Below, in pieces: positions 27,683 to 39,036 of a stretch of DNA of 64,000 bases. The position numbers and the translations under genes are program-made. Source of the stretch: Lobosporangium transversale (lineage: Eukaryota). The DNA lies in NCBI RefSeq assembly GCF_002105155.1, contig NW_019029018.1, positions 186,001 through 250,000 of the forward strand, given 5' to 3'. Numbering within the stretch: position 1 is the first letter of the stretch; each line of letters starts with the position of its first letter. Under the pieces are notes generated by a model that ran no database searches, had not been told where the DNA came from, and worked only from the letters and a program-made list of their open reading frames with translations.

Positions 27683-28334
27683 TATACCCAATGTTGCACT
27701 TTTTACATCTCTGCTCAGCAGGGACGACATTGTGTGTGAACTATAATACTAACATAGATGGTGGGATTAATGTCTGTTTCGTTTACTCCCTGTTAACAAG
27801 TAATCGCGCTCTAGATAAATTATATTGCCTGAACTATGAAACAAATGAAACACTCAATGTTCGCACGGATTCGTTGGGCTCGTCACCAGCCTGAGGACGA
27901 GCCTGTGGATTCGTATCAATTAACTACAAGCCATAATATTGGGTCTCCATGTGACTGCCGGGTGTATTTACACACCCACCGTTTTTATTCACAAAAGCTT
28001 TCTCGTCATCACTGTCTTCCTCTACTCATATTTTTTCTCATCAAAGCTTTTTTTTTTTTTCCTTTTCTTTCTCATCACTATCTTTAATATCAACTTTTCT
28101 TTGTACATTATTTACGATCTCCATTTCTTCCTTTATTCGTTCATTTCAATCCTTAAGCGCGTTACATCTGACTTGCCATCATATATTCTTCCTAATTTTC
28201 TTTATTAATTCTTACGCGCGTTGGCCTCTCTCTCTCTCTCTCATACTACATCTGCTTAAATATTTTCAGCATCTCAACTCTAGGTTAAAAGGAATGTAGC
28301 TCAATAAGAGTTTTTACCCTAACTGAGAAACTTT

Positions 28335-28880
28335 GTCATACGTGGCCCCGCTTCTTTTGTTCCAGCAGATATACCGCCAGCAGATACACCGCCAGCAGAT
28401 ACACTGCGGCTTTCCTTGCCGCCGGCTCTGCCGTGGACTCTGCCGTGGACTCTGCCGAATGGAAGGAGTGGTCGCGACATAGTGGTACTTAGGCGGGTTC
28501 GATAATGCTCTTTGGGCATGTGTTGCACAATAAACACAATGTCATATGTGGCCCTGCTTCATTTATTCCAGCAGATATACCGCCAGCAGATACACCGCCA
28601 GCAGATACACTGCGGCTTTCCTTGCCGCCGGCTCTGCCGTGGACTCTGCCGTGGACTCTGCCGAATGGAAGGAGTGGTCGCGACATAGTGGTACTTAGGC
28701 GGGTTCGATAATGCTCTTTGGGCATGTGTTGCACAATAAACACAATGTCATATGTGGCCCTGCTTCATTTATTCCAGCAGATATACCGCCAGCAGATACA
28801 CCGCCAGCAGATACACTGCGGCTTTCCTTGCCGCCGGCTCTGCCGTGGACTCTGCCGAATGGAAGGAGTGGTCACGACAT
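28335..28880. repeat. 206-bp tandem repeat, about 2.7 copies, with nested 15-bp and 12-bp subrepeats
   Basis: Units start at 28335, 28541 and 28747. Internal CCAGCAGATA(T/C)ACCG x3 and CTCTGCCGTGGA subrepeats; the third unit is partial and lacks one 12-mer. Confidence 0.95.
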
Positions 28881-28985
28881 TGTGAATTCAGTCGTCTTGT
28901 TATTTTTTCCAGGCACAGTTTAAGACCTTACTTATCATTATATTAATTTATTGATTCAATCTAAAATGCCATCTTACTAATAGCC

Positions 28986-31138
28986 ATGCCAACTCAATCA
29001 CATATACAATGGGCGGAAGCGAAACACACAGGCACGGAGCATGTCTCCTTTGAAAACTTTGTGCGAAAGTTTAACTTAAGTGACCGGGAGTCAGCCACGA
29101 ACGACTATAAACATCTTATCAAATCAAAACGTTTACGTGAAACCAGACGAGAGAGTCTAGAGAAATCTTTTGTGAAGTTTCAATGTCATCACGAAGATAT
29201 TTTTTGGGCACAACGCAAAGTGGAAATATCTCGGATAAAACTGCAACTCAGTTCTGATTCCACGTCTAATGACGCAGTCGTAGATTTGCAAGAGGCTGCT
29301 GTCAAAAAATCACAAGAGGGGTATTTAGGATTAAAGGATAGACCTGGTAAATACATTTTTACTTGGTACTTTTCTTTTATAGTTATTATTATTATTATTA
29401 TTTGTTTCTGATCCCCTCCTTTACTTCACAGATGGCCAATTACTTGCAAATCATTCAAATTTACCGTCAGAGCGGCTACGAACTCCCTCATGGGGCTCAG
29501 AATCAAGTGTAAGATCCGTACTGTGTTGTAAGATTATCGAATTCCTTGAAAAATTCAACTGACAGCTGAATTTTCTATTTCTCAGAACAGCTCCACTGGC
29601 CCAGTACCATTCCCTACACATGCATTAGGACTATTGACTGAAAGCAACGCGACTAAAACAGGTATTATTTTACGGAGATGTACTATAATAGTGACTGTCC
29701 TCTTCAGGAAATGCTCTAAACTGTGCTCATTTTGATGGATTGAATAGGAGGAAAACCACAAACTACTAAATCGTCTAATGTTATTGAATCGTTTTCGGGA
29801 GACGAGTGTGGCTATGATAATATTGAGTTCCCAGGTAGGACAATGTATTAGATTCGATATAATGTGTTGAGATAGTACTCTATTCTAAGCTTCTACTCAA
29901 CCTGATAGACCCAACAAGAAGTCTTGTGCATTTTGAGGTTCTGAATCAAGCAACTTCGTGGGTATGTGAAGGCACCGATATTGTTGCCATATTTCGTGAG
30001 TTCAGAACAAAAAATCTGCAGCCATTTTCGCTTGTTCGTGATGGAATTGCCGATTTAACTCCGGGCTCTACATTCTTGGAGGGACTGGCACCAGGCGCCT
30101 CGTCAGCCGCTAGGAGAGTAGCCACAACTCCTGATATCTATACCAAGTGGCCAACTCTCCAAGAGATAATGAAGCGAGTTTTCGTATCAAGCAGCTATGA
30201 TGATGTATCAAAGGCCATTAAAAAAGAAAATATGGAGGATCCGATTGCAGCGTACATGTTCGCGGTTATTATGTCTTAGTGAGTTTTTGTACAAAGCGCA
30301 TTCAAATAATTATGTTTGCTCTCTTTTCTATTAGTAAATGTACTTACATGTATTTCTATAATGCCATAATAGCAATCACTATTTTAAATTTCATTCTATG
30401 ATACCCGGCGATCTCAATGAACGTGAGGGATTCACTGATTTAACATGGGGATTCATCCGTGGGGCATTAACACTAACTGGAATTGAATCCCGTCATCTTG
30501 AAGTGCAGACAACTGGAGTCCAGGAAAGGAAGAACGTTGACAAGGACCCGCTCTCGGACATCTTGGAGCCTGGGCAGTATAGTGACGGCCTAGCGTTCAG
30601 TGGGGACAATCAAATCTATTTAGCAGAGACATCGCTGGTCCGTAATCCAAAAGCGGAGAAAAGACGTCAGGACGAGTTTAAGCTGGCTCGTGGAATGAGA
30701 GACTCATGGGTGAGTCAGATAAGATCTATCTGCCGTGAATCTACTCCTCCTCGCAACTTTAGTGTATTTGGCTCGGCTACTTATAAAGATGAAACCAGGC
30801 TCTGGCAGATGGACTTCCAAGGAGTATTTCGGTTGCGCCAGTTTGACTCGTTCCTCATTCCTTTAGAAAAGAAAGAATTTGGACGGAGGATGGAGATGGC
30901 AGTTTGTGTTTGTCTACAACTGGCTGCTCGCATTGAAATGGAGATTGAAAGTCGGGCCAATACTATACCTGCATCATATGACCAGCGAAATTTGCTATCT
31001 AATGCACTCCAAAAGATCTTTACTACGTCGACAACACCAAAAAAGCAACGAAAAAGAAAAGACGCTGTTATTTCCAAAGATGATGTACCAGTATCTCGAA
31101 AAAAGAAAACATTGGCAAACTCTTTTACAACATTATAG
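28986..31138 (+). CDS. Six-exon protein with putative C-terminal PD-(D/E)xK (restriction endonuclease-fold) domain
   Basis: Five GT-AG introns splice into a continuous frame (DRP|DGQ..ESS|NSS..KT|GGK..FP|DPTRSLVHF..IMS|YNHYFKF). Motif order NERE...YSDGLAF....IYLAETS...DEFKLARGMRD. Domain call is by motif inspection. Confidence 0.65.
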
Positions 31139-31436
31139 TTAAGAAGGCCAATTAATTTTTCAATTCCTGTCTGATTTGCTATTAAATCAACGAGCACTCT
31201 TTTATTCATATCTACATTGGTACGTACCAGCAATAAATTACATTCATTCCTCATTCTCCTTTTCCTTTTCTAATGAGTTTCTTGTATCATTGTGTCTTTC
31301 TTGTTTCTCTTTATGTTTATTAGGGGGGGTTTTACGTGTACCTTTTGTTGACTCTTTGAAAATATGCCGAAATGATAAATGTGGGCCTCTCGGAAGGCTC
31401 TCTTAATTCTCCAAATGTACTTTCTTGCGTCTTATA

Positions 31437-31645
31437 TACTGTATCGGCAGGAGTCATTCGGCATATGCCTTCCCAAGTTCCGATGTCCCAAGCTGGATGG
31501 ATTGTATAAAAATCCAAAGGACTGTCATTCCTTTTATCTTTGCAAGGATGGCGTTGCATACCTGAAAGAGTGCCCTGCTGACCTCCTTTGGAAAGATTCA
31601 CTTAAAGTATGCGACTTCCCAAATAATGCTGGATGTAAATGGTAG
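31437..31645 (+). pseudogene. 3' half of a second CBM14 gene (no start, frameshifted relative to the leader)
   Basis: FRCPKLDGLYKNPKDCHSFYLCKDGVAYLKECPADLLWKDSLKVCDFPNNAGC. Homology to the 5233 gene starts abruptly at TACTGTATCGGCAGGAGTC; the 3' UTR is also homologous to about 31717. Confidence 0.85.
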
Positions 31646-32577
31646 TGGCTAGTGCGGGCTCCCTGCTTTACCCACTACAGCCACAAGGCCGCATAGGCTA
31701 CTAAATAAACATCATAGTTATTGAATACGAACGGTGATTTTCACCAGTGAATCTTTTTTTTTTTTTTTTTTTTTTTTTTTGTCCGGTGCAGTACACCACC
31801 ATTCAGAACATTTTCACCGGCAGTGGCCCCCGGTATGGTATACCAAGGGCGCACCAAGCTATTTTTTGTATTACAATACCTCATATTGCTACTTGTAGAC
31901 TAGCGCACATCGCACCAATCAAGTCCACTGGTGGGGATAATGCATCAGTGGGAATCACTGCTTGTACAGATACTAGTCTGTACGCCAAATCGTTTGTTCG
32001 TTTCACTAAACCCTTGTCAAAGCGTGAGAGAGCGAGTTTGATCGCTTGCGGTATGTAGGATCAAAAAGGACTGAATAGGAGCGGCTTTAGTGGAGTTATC
32101 CCGACGAAGAGAGTCGAATGCCTTTATAGGTATACCAAGAGAGATTCGACTCCGTTAGCTGTCATCACAAGTATGATTTGCCACCCATGTATGTTTACAG
32201 GTAACGGGTCCCTTCCTAAATCCCGTATACCGTTATTTGTAATTAAATGAGTTTTTAGCTCTCCTTATTTAGCATTTCTATGCAGAGAGTCGTAGGCGTC
32301 AACAAAGCACTAGCTTTAAGGCCAACATTGCCTCTACTCCTCCTGTGGAACCAGCATATTAAGATAGACAAACGAAAGATCAACAGGAACAACTTTTATG
32401 CCATAACATTGGGAACATACTCTATCTGATTGTGAAACAGATTCAGGAACTGGTCTGTATTTTATAGTATTTTGTAGGACCGAAACTGGAATAATGCTGC
32501 TCCCTCAATATCGCTCTTTCGAACAAATCTATACATCAAAATGCCTAGCCTCAACTAGTTTCTTGTCGGCTTGACTT

Positions 32578-32675
32578 GATACAGTAGCCAGAACTGTCAT
32601 GCCAATAGTGGCCATTGGGATGAAATACTTGAGGAGGACGCAGTTGTAAGCCTTGGTGTCGGCAGATGAGATTTT
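32578..32675 (-). pseudogene. 5' (leader-coding) half of a CBM14 gene, opposite strand
   Basis: Minus strand translates KISSADTKAYNCVLLKYFIPMATIGMTVLATVS versus KSSSTNIKACNWTLLKHHVLMAIIAMATLATVS in the 5233 gene. Confidence 0.85.
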
Positions 32676-32727
32676 TGGGAAAGTACGATATTTCAATAAG
32701 ACTTAGTATTTACTAGGGTTCAATGAA

Positions 32728-32784
32728 ATCGAAGGATTGAGAAAGCAACATCCTATGGATGCTTCGGTGCCATGAACTAGATAT
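32728..32784 (-). pseudogene. Highly decayed short 28S rRNA fragment
   Basis: Minus strand ATATCTAGTTCATGGCACCGAAGCATCCATAGGATGTTGCTTTCTCAATCCTTCGAT aligns with the 27614-27682 fragment. Confidence 0.6.
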
Positions 32785-33199
32785 TATTGTTACTACCATT
32801 ACATAATACCATCTGCGATACGTTGTGGCACATGTACCCAGTGAAGCTCCTCTTCATCACTGTTTCTTGGGTCCAAAAAAAAAAATAAAAATAAAAATGA
32901 AATAAAAAAAATAAAAATGAAAGAAGTGATTTTGGGTCTTATTGAACGATACTCAATGTTTATATTATGTTTACGTCTTTTGATACCCGCTTCTGTGGTC
33001 AAAGGTACAGGTAATGCGTATGGCGGTATTAAATGATGGTAAGTGCTTGGCAGCCGAACATGTTGTGTTGATTGACGCGTTCATCACCGAGGCTCTCATG
33101 TTTATCTTTTTTTTTTTTTTTTTTTTTTTTTCGATGAATCGTAAGGCTTAACGAAAGTCAGAATCCGAGGTAGGAGGGGATTGATGTAGAGTTGTGTTT

Positions 33200-33248
<49 letters not shown>

Positions 33249-33686
33249 GATTGTGACAAGATAAGGACAGCTCTGAGAGAGAGGATTCAACAAGCTTAGA
33301 GCCTTGCATGGTGACATCAGTATCAAACACCCTTGAATTGGAAAACGGACGCCCAAGCATGGTTTTGGATGATGGAAAAACTTCAACGTGAGACAGATAA
33401 ACTGGAAGACGAGTATACCAAGATGGCTGCAGGTAATACTTCCCTAATTTCAAAGGCAAAGCATTCTACTTGCAGTGTTTCTGTATAACATCTACTCGCA
33501 AGCACAAATCGCACATACGAATAGCAAATAAAATATAAAAAATAAAAAATCTCACAAAGTGGTACAATATCCATTGACTTTTTTTTTTTTTTTTTTTTTT
33601 TTTATAACAGAGAGAAGGGAGACGATGCTATCCATCCAGTCTTTACAGAAATTAGAGGCATAAAGATTCCTGATTTGGGGCAAAGT

Positions 33687-33782
33687 TCAAATTCGTTCGA
33701 TGGTTTCCAAAACGGAATACACGTCAAGCAAGCACCAAGCATCAATAGCTAGATAATTCATACACAAAAAAAAAATAAAAAT

Positions 33783-33826
<44 letters not shown>

Positions 33827-34679
33827 TAAAAATTATTATAAATAAATAAAATACAAAGAATAAAATATGTAGATAAATATAAAATCCATCTGTAGTGTCA
33901 AGGATTACTTTACCTGCATATAATTCCTGCTCTTCCTTCAATGGACGTTGCTCCCAGTGGCTGATTCGACATGTCTTATCTAACTGATATCCACACAATC
34001 CCTTCAACATGCCTGAGAGTCCTCCCGGAATGCAATTCATGCCTTGCTCTGCAGGGTATAACGCCCATTTCTCATACTCTGTAACTTCTCCTCCTCTCCT
34101 TACTTCTCTTCCTTGTTCATCATATTGTTCTCGTTCTGGTCCTGGATTCTCTTCTAGCTTGCTATGGGTTACTGTTGTTGATGAGGATGGTAGAGAACAT
34201 GAAGACATTGTAGGCGATCCAGGCATTGATGTTGACGCTGAGCGTGAGGAGAATTCTTCTGCCTCTGTTGTTGTTGTCCCTGGTGTTTGAGAGGAAGCAC
34301 TTTTCAAATGGCCAACATTGCTATTGATTACGTTACCATGCTTTCTGATGCCGAAGAGGCTGCTCATGCTTCTGTCACTGCCGCCACTTCTGTTGCCATT
34401 GCCATGGATGCTGCTATTGACACTATTGCTGTCGCTGGAATCACCATTGCTATTGCTGTTGCTGCCAGCATCGCCATTGCTATTAGAGGAGCTCTTAATC
34501 CAGACATGCTTGAGATCGAGAAAGTTACGAGGGCGAAAATGCTCCTGATGTAGGCTTGGGAATGTCTCAATCAATAGTTCATGATCACCGTCCCAGTCGT
34601 ATGCTTTGGTGAGTAACAGTAAACAATGGTAGCAATCAGATGGACCAGTATATATATGTATATATATACATCATATGTG

Positions 34680-34715
<36 letters not shown>

Positions 34716-37142
34716 TCGCAGCCCAGCGCCAATAATTAGGAAATCAAGTGCATTTTCAAATGATACATCGATAATCACTACAAGAATTACTCGGGAAACA
34801 TTTTCTTTTTTTCTTTCTTTCTTTTTTTTCTTTTCTTTCTTGGATATCACGCAAGCGCAAGCATTTACCTAATTTGAGGGTTTTAGGATTGTTGAAGAAC
34901 TCGCCTATGACCTGCACAAGTTGCTCTCCGAAATCAGGACTATTCAAGAATGCAACAGTGTCGACAATGTAGACTGTCGAATCCGCATTACAGGCCAGCT
35001 GCATAATCGCAGTCCGCGTCCCTGGTCGAAGCCCCCGATATTGCTTCACATTGGGAAGCCATTCAGTGTCCATGCCAACAATAGTGGAATTCTTGAGTGA
35101 AAATGCCAACTCTCCAAGCTGCTCATCCGAATCTACCATGATGATCTGAACATCACTGGGTAGCTTATAGAAAGGATAGGGCCGTTTCTGAAGCACAGGT
35201 TGGGCTGGAAAAGAAGGAGGTGGTGGAAGGGTAGAAGGAGTACTCAAAGTTCGCAACGTTGGAACATGCGAATCCTTTGTCGTTTTGATCCCTTTGTTGG
35301 TATTCATGCTTCCCGAAGCGGCAAAGTTAGATCTGGATGACCATGAGGGGTCAGACCCAGAATCTTCATCATCATTTTCTAAATATTCGAAAATCACCAC
35401 AGAAGATTCACGGAATAGCCCACGCTTGTAAAGCTGACGAGCAAGAGACCATCCATATGTTTCTCCTTCGCCGTCTTTGATGGGCTTCCGCAGGCTGGCT
35501 CTCATCTTCAAGATATCCAGCACAGCAAACACCTGCAACAAATTATTCCCGCCCGGAATTTCATCTAGTAATTTGCCGCGATGTCTCTGCTGAATTAACC
35601 CCGGTTCTTCTTCCTCTTCTTCCTCTTTTTCCTCTTCTTCTGCTTTTGCTTCCCGGGCATTCTCCACTACCAGGGTTTCCACCGGTTCGATATTATCCAC
35701 GCGATGTTCCTTTTCCAGTATTTTTTCCTTCACTGTTGTATCTCCTTTATCTGCCTCTGTTCCATCATCCTTCTTTGTCTGATCATGCTGTGAGGATACT
35801 CTTCTTGTAGAACATAGGTTGCTGTTACCCACATCTAGTAAATCATGCATGTCTGGAGAGGAATCCTCCTCCTCCTGCTTTTCGAATGTTTGCTCTTGTT
35901 CATTAACATATTTCCTCGTCTCTTCCAATTTCATCAAGTCAACTTTGTCGGCTTTGCTTTCATTCATGCCAAATTCGTTGTCGTCGGTTAATAGATCCAA
36001 TTTTTTATTATTCTTGTCGACATCCCTGAAGGGAGGTAATAGGCTTGGTACAGAGGCGGAGCTAGGTGATTTTACCGGTCTCGTCGTATCAAAGTCTGTC
36101 AAACTAATCAGATCCTTTACAACAGGCTTTAGCACAGCAACTTGAAGTAAACTAGGTGATGGTGCAATCAGATCATCGTCAAGGAGACTGGTGTTGGATG
36201 AAGATCCTGTTTGCTGCGGTTGGATAGATCGTAACTGGAGAGTAGAGGGAATGGTTCCTGCTGTGTCGAGTCTATCGTCGTCTAGTATGATCAAGTCTAT
36301 TTCCGGTCCTATCAGGTCTATTTCTGGATGGTGGGGGTACGAGGATGGGATGGGATCGTCGTCATCCAGAAGAAATCCAGGTGCCATCGCGGTAGAAGCA
36401 AATGACTGTGAGGATGTTTTGGAGTGTGATGTAGAACCAGTAACAGTAACTGTTGTTGATTTAACAGCCATGGCCCATTCTTCTGCATGATCATGATACC
36501 ATTCAAGGAATTGTTGTAGAACTAGGACGAAGAATTCGGAAACAGCGAGCTCAAAGACCGGGTCCAGATTTTTGAATCCTGCTACAGTTCCGACAGTGAT
36601 GAGGGCGTTGACGATGAACATGACAGGGTCAGGATGAGTCTGGAGGGCCGTGGCCATGGTTTCCGAGATGATGCCAACACTGCCTCGTTCCTGACCACGT
36701 CTGAAGGTTTCAAGATCCTTGTAGGCTGTGAGCAAATTTTGCCCAAGTAGAAATGCATTGTTGCTTGCAATAGCCTGTGCTATGACTAGAGGGGACAATA
36801 CAGAGCCTTTTAGATCATTTTTGGAGAACACCTGAACAAACTCAAAGATCACTCTTTGTTTTTCCTTAGGACCTTACCTTCGGATGATAGTTGAGCTGCC
36901 GGTCTCTTTGAACCTCCCCTGACACCATGACGTTTTTCATCTGGCAACGACCTAGTTGATGTTGTTGATGAGGATGGATAGGTATCATTCAAGTGTGCAA
37001 GAAACTGTCCAAATCCGTAGTGTTGCTGCGGCTGCGGCTGTTGCTGCAAATGTTTCGTCTGAGGATTTGGGACAAAAGGTCTAGCGTTACCACTCAAAGT
37101 ACTTTTGGAATGTGTCATTACTACAGAGGATCGAGGAGTCAT
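33687..37142 (-). CDS. Mut-7/EXD3-like DEDDy 3'-5' exonuclease, multi-exon
   Basis: ExoI IVGMDTEWLP; TAIMQLA; LKL|AYDWDGD; GLSGML....GYQLDKTCRISHWEQRPL..EQELYA|AIDAWCLLDVY (ExoIII). Start at 37142 and first intron are inferred. Confidence 0.82.
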
Positions 37143-37673
37143 GAGCTCATTCCTGAGCTGGAGTTGTAATTGATTGGGCAAATGAAGAAAAAGGGATCTG
37201 ATAAAAGTGAAAAAGGATGAATGGACGAATGTATGAATTGTGGCAATTAAGACAATGTTAAACACAGAAAAGAAGAGGAAAAGAGAGAGAGAGAGAGAAA
37301 GAGGGAGCAAATAAAAATCAATTGGTCATACACATATCCCTCTTCCACAATGATAATCCACACACACATTCTCTCTTTCTTTTTATCTCCTTTATACTCC
37401 TTTAACGCCCCTACAACGTGCCTTTTGTGTATTTGTTTAGTAGAATACATGTGCACAGCAGAAACCAATGAACTCGTGCCTTTCTGAATATCACAACACA
37501 TTTTATTCTCTACAACGGCTCTCCTTCCATTGGATTTCTTTTATTTCAGGGACTCTTTTACACCACCGCACAGACAATTTTTTTCTTTCTTTCAATATAA
37601 AAAAAAGCATGCATGTATAATTGTGTAATTGAAACATGGACTACATATGCAGACTAACCAAATGCTTACAGCT

Positions 37674-38772
37674 CTATTCATCCTCCTCTTCCTCTTCCTC
37701 TTCCTCATCATCGTCGCCATCCTCTTCTTCTTCTTCTTCTTCATCATCATCATTATCTTCTTCTTCATCCTCATCCTCATCATCCTCAGCATCATTACTT
37801 GTTGCAAAGTGTTCTGCAAAGTCATAAGGCGCATCTTCATCCTCCTCTTCCTCTTCCTCCACCTCATCCTCCGGTTCCTTGGCAGTCTTCTTGGATACCA
37901 TTGTCTTACTCTTCTTGGACGCTGGTGATCCCTCTGTTGACGCTGCTGCTGCTGCTGCCTTACGCTTAGCAGCCTTTGAAAGAACACCTTCTGTTACTGT
38001 ATTATTCTTTGCTCTTGCTGTTCCCTCTGCCTTTGTCTTTTTACTATTATCGTTATTGCTATTGCTATTGTTGTTATTGTTATTATTCTTGGCCTTGTTA
38101 GCTTTACGAGCCTTCTCAGCCGCTTTCCTACGAGCCTCCTTTGCCTTCTCCTTTTCTTCCTGTGCTTTCAATTTTTGATCCGCAATCTGTTGAAGAATTT
38201 GTTCCTTGAATGGAAAGTTGTTGGGAATGCCTGGATCCTTCTTACTCTCTAGAAGTAAAAAAAGTCATGAGAAATTAGAATTACTTTTTTTTTTTTTTTT
38301 TCCTCAAGGGCCAAAGAAAAGTAACACAGCCAATATGCTAGTACTTTTCAATCGTATCATTCACACTGAAGAAGAAGAAAAAAAAAAAAAAAAAAAAAAA
38401 AGAACAAAATCATAAAAAAAAAAAAAAGACCTACTGTGTGAGGCTCTTGGATTTTTCTTGGCTTCCTTGCGTATCTTGCGATGGTGATCTTTAACGCGCT
38501 TCTCAATCTTGTACCTGTGATTAGCAGGTACTCGTTTTGACGTGATCTCTGCAGAGTAAAGAAATAACAGTAGTAGTTATAATAATATTATTATTAATGA
38601 AAGGTTGAGTTTTTTAGTGTAAAGCCCGAATAAAAAAAATCATAATGAAAATAAAAGCTCATATAGGTTCTCGAGATAGAAAGAAAGAAAGAAAAAAAAA
38701 ATAAAAAAAAAAGTTCTTTATCTCTATGATGCAAGCCCATTATGCTCATTTGAACTTACTCCTACGGACCAT
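37674..38772 (-). CDS. Protein with only the Nug1/nucleostemin N-terminal (GN3L_Grn1) domain plus an acidic tail; three exons
   Basis: Spliced [64 protein letters not shown], then Lys-rich and Asp/Glu-rich regions; TAG at 37674-37676. Confidence 0.8.
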
Positions 38773-39036
38773 GATGAATATATGTGTATTAGAAAGGTAA
38801 AAAAATGTGAATGGAGCAATGCCAAAGGGTTGGGTTGGTTAGGGAGTAAGAAAAGAGGAATGCTGCAATGCATGTCTTTTGTTGACTGACAAAAAAAAAA
38901 AAAATGCAAATAAGCAAACATGAGACTGCTTCCAGGAATCTTTGATCAAAATGAAGTACACGTGATGTTTTTTTATTTTTATTTTTTTATTTTACAAAAT
39001 ATCAAATTAGCAATTTACAATTATTATCAAGTTAAC

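Noticed and set aside
27877..27903. GGCTCGTC/GACGAGCC hairpin containing CTGAGGA (hammerhead ribozyme or Helitron end)
   Set aside because: No downstream GAAA core for a hammerhead, and no CTRR terminus at the expected distance for a Helitron.
28319..28946. Repeated short ORFs on both strands (GRVHGRVH.., PADIPPADTPP..) and a possible CRISPR-like array
   Set aside because: The ORFs are by-products of the 206-bp tandem repeat, whose length is not a multiple of 3. There are no unique spacers and no cas genes.
32112..32151. GAGTCGAAT/ATTCGACTC stem-loop as an ncRNA
   Set aside because: A single 9-bp stem with no recognisable family motifs.
31410..32577. Possible degenerate terminal inverted repeats beside the two 9-bp junction copies
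   Set aside because: The similarity is short and gapped, and the 32577 side is better explained as homologous to 6152-6240.
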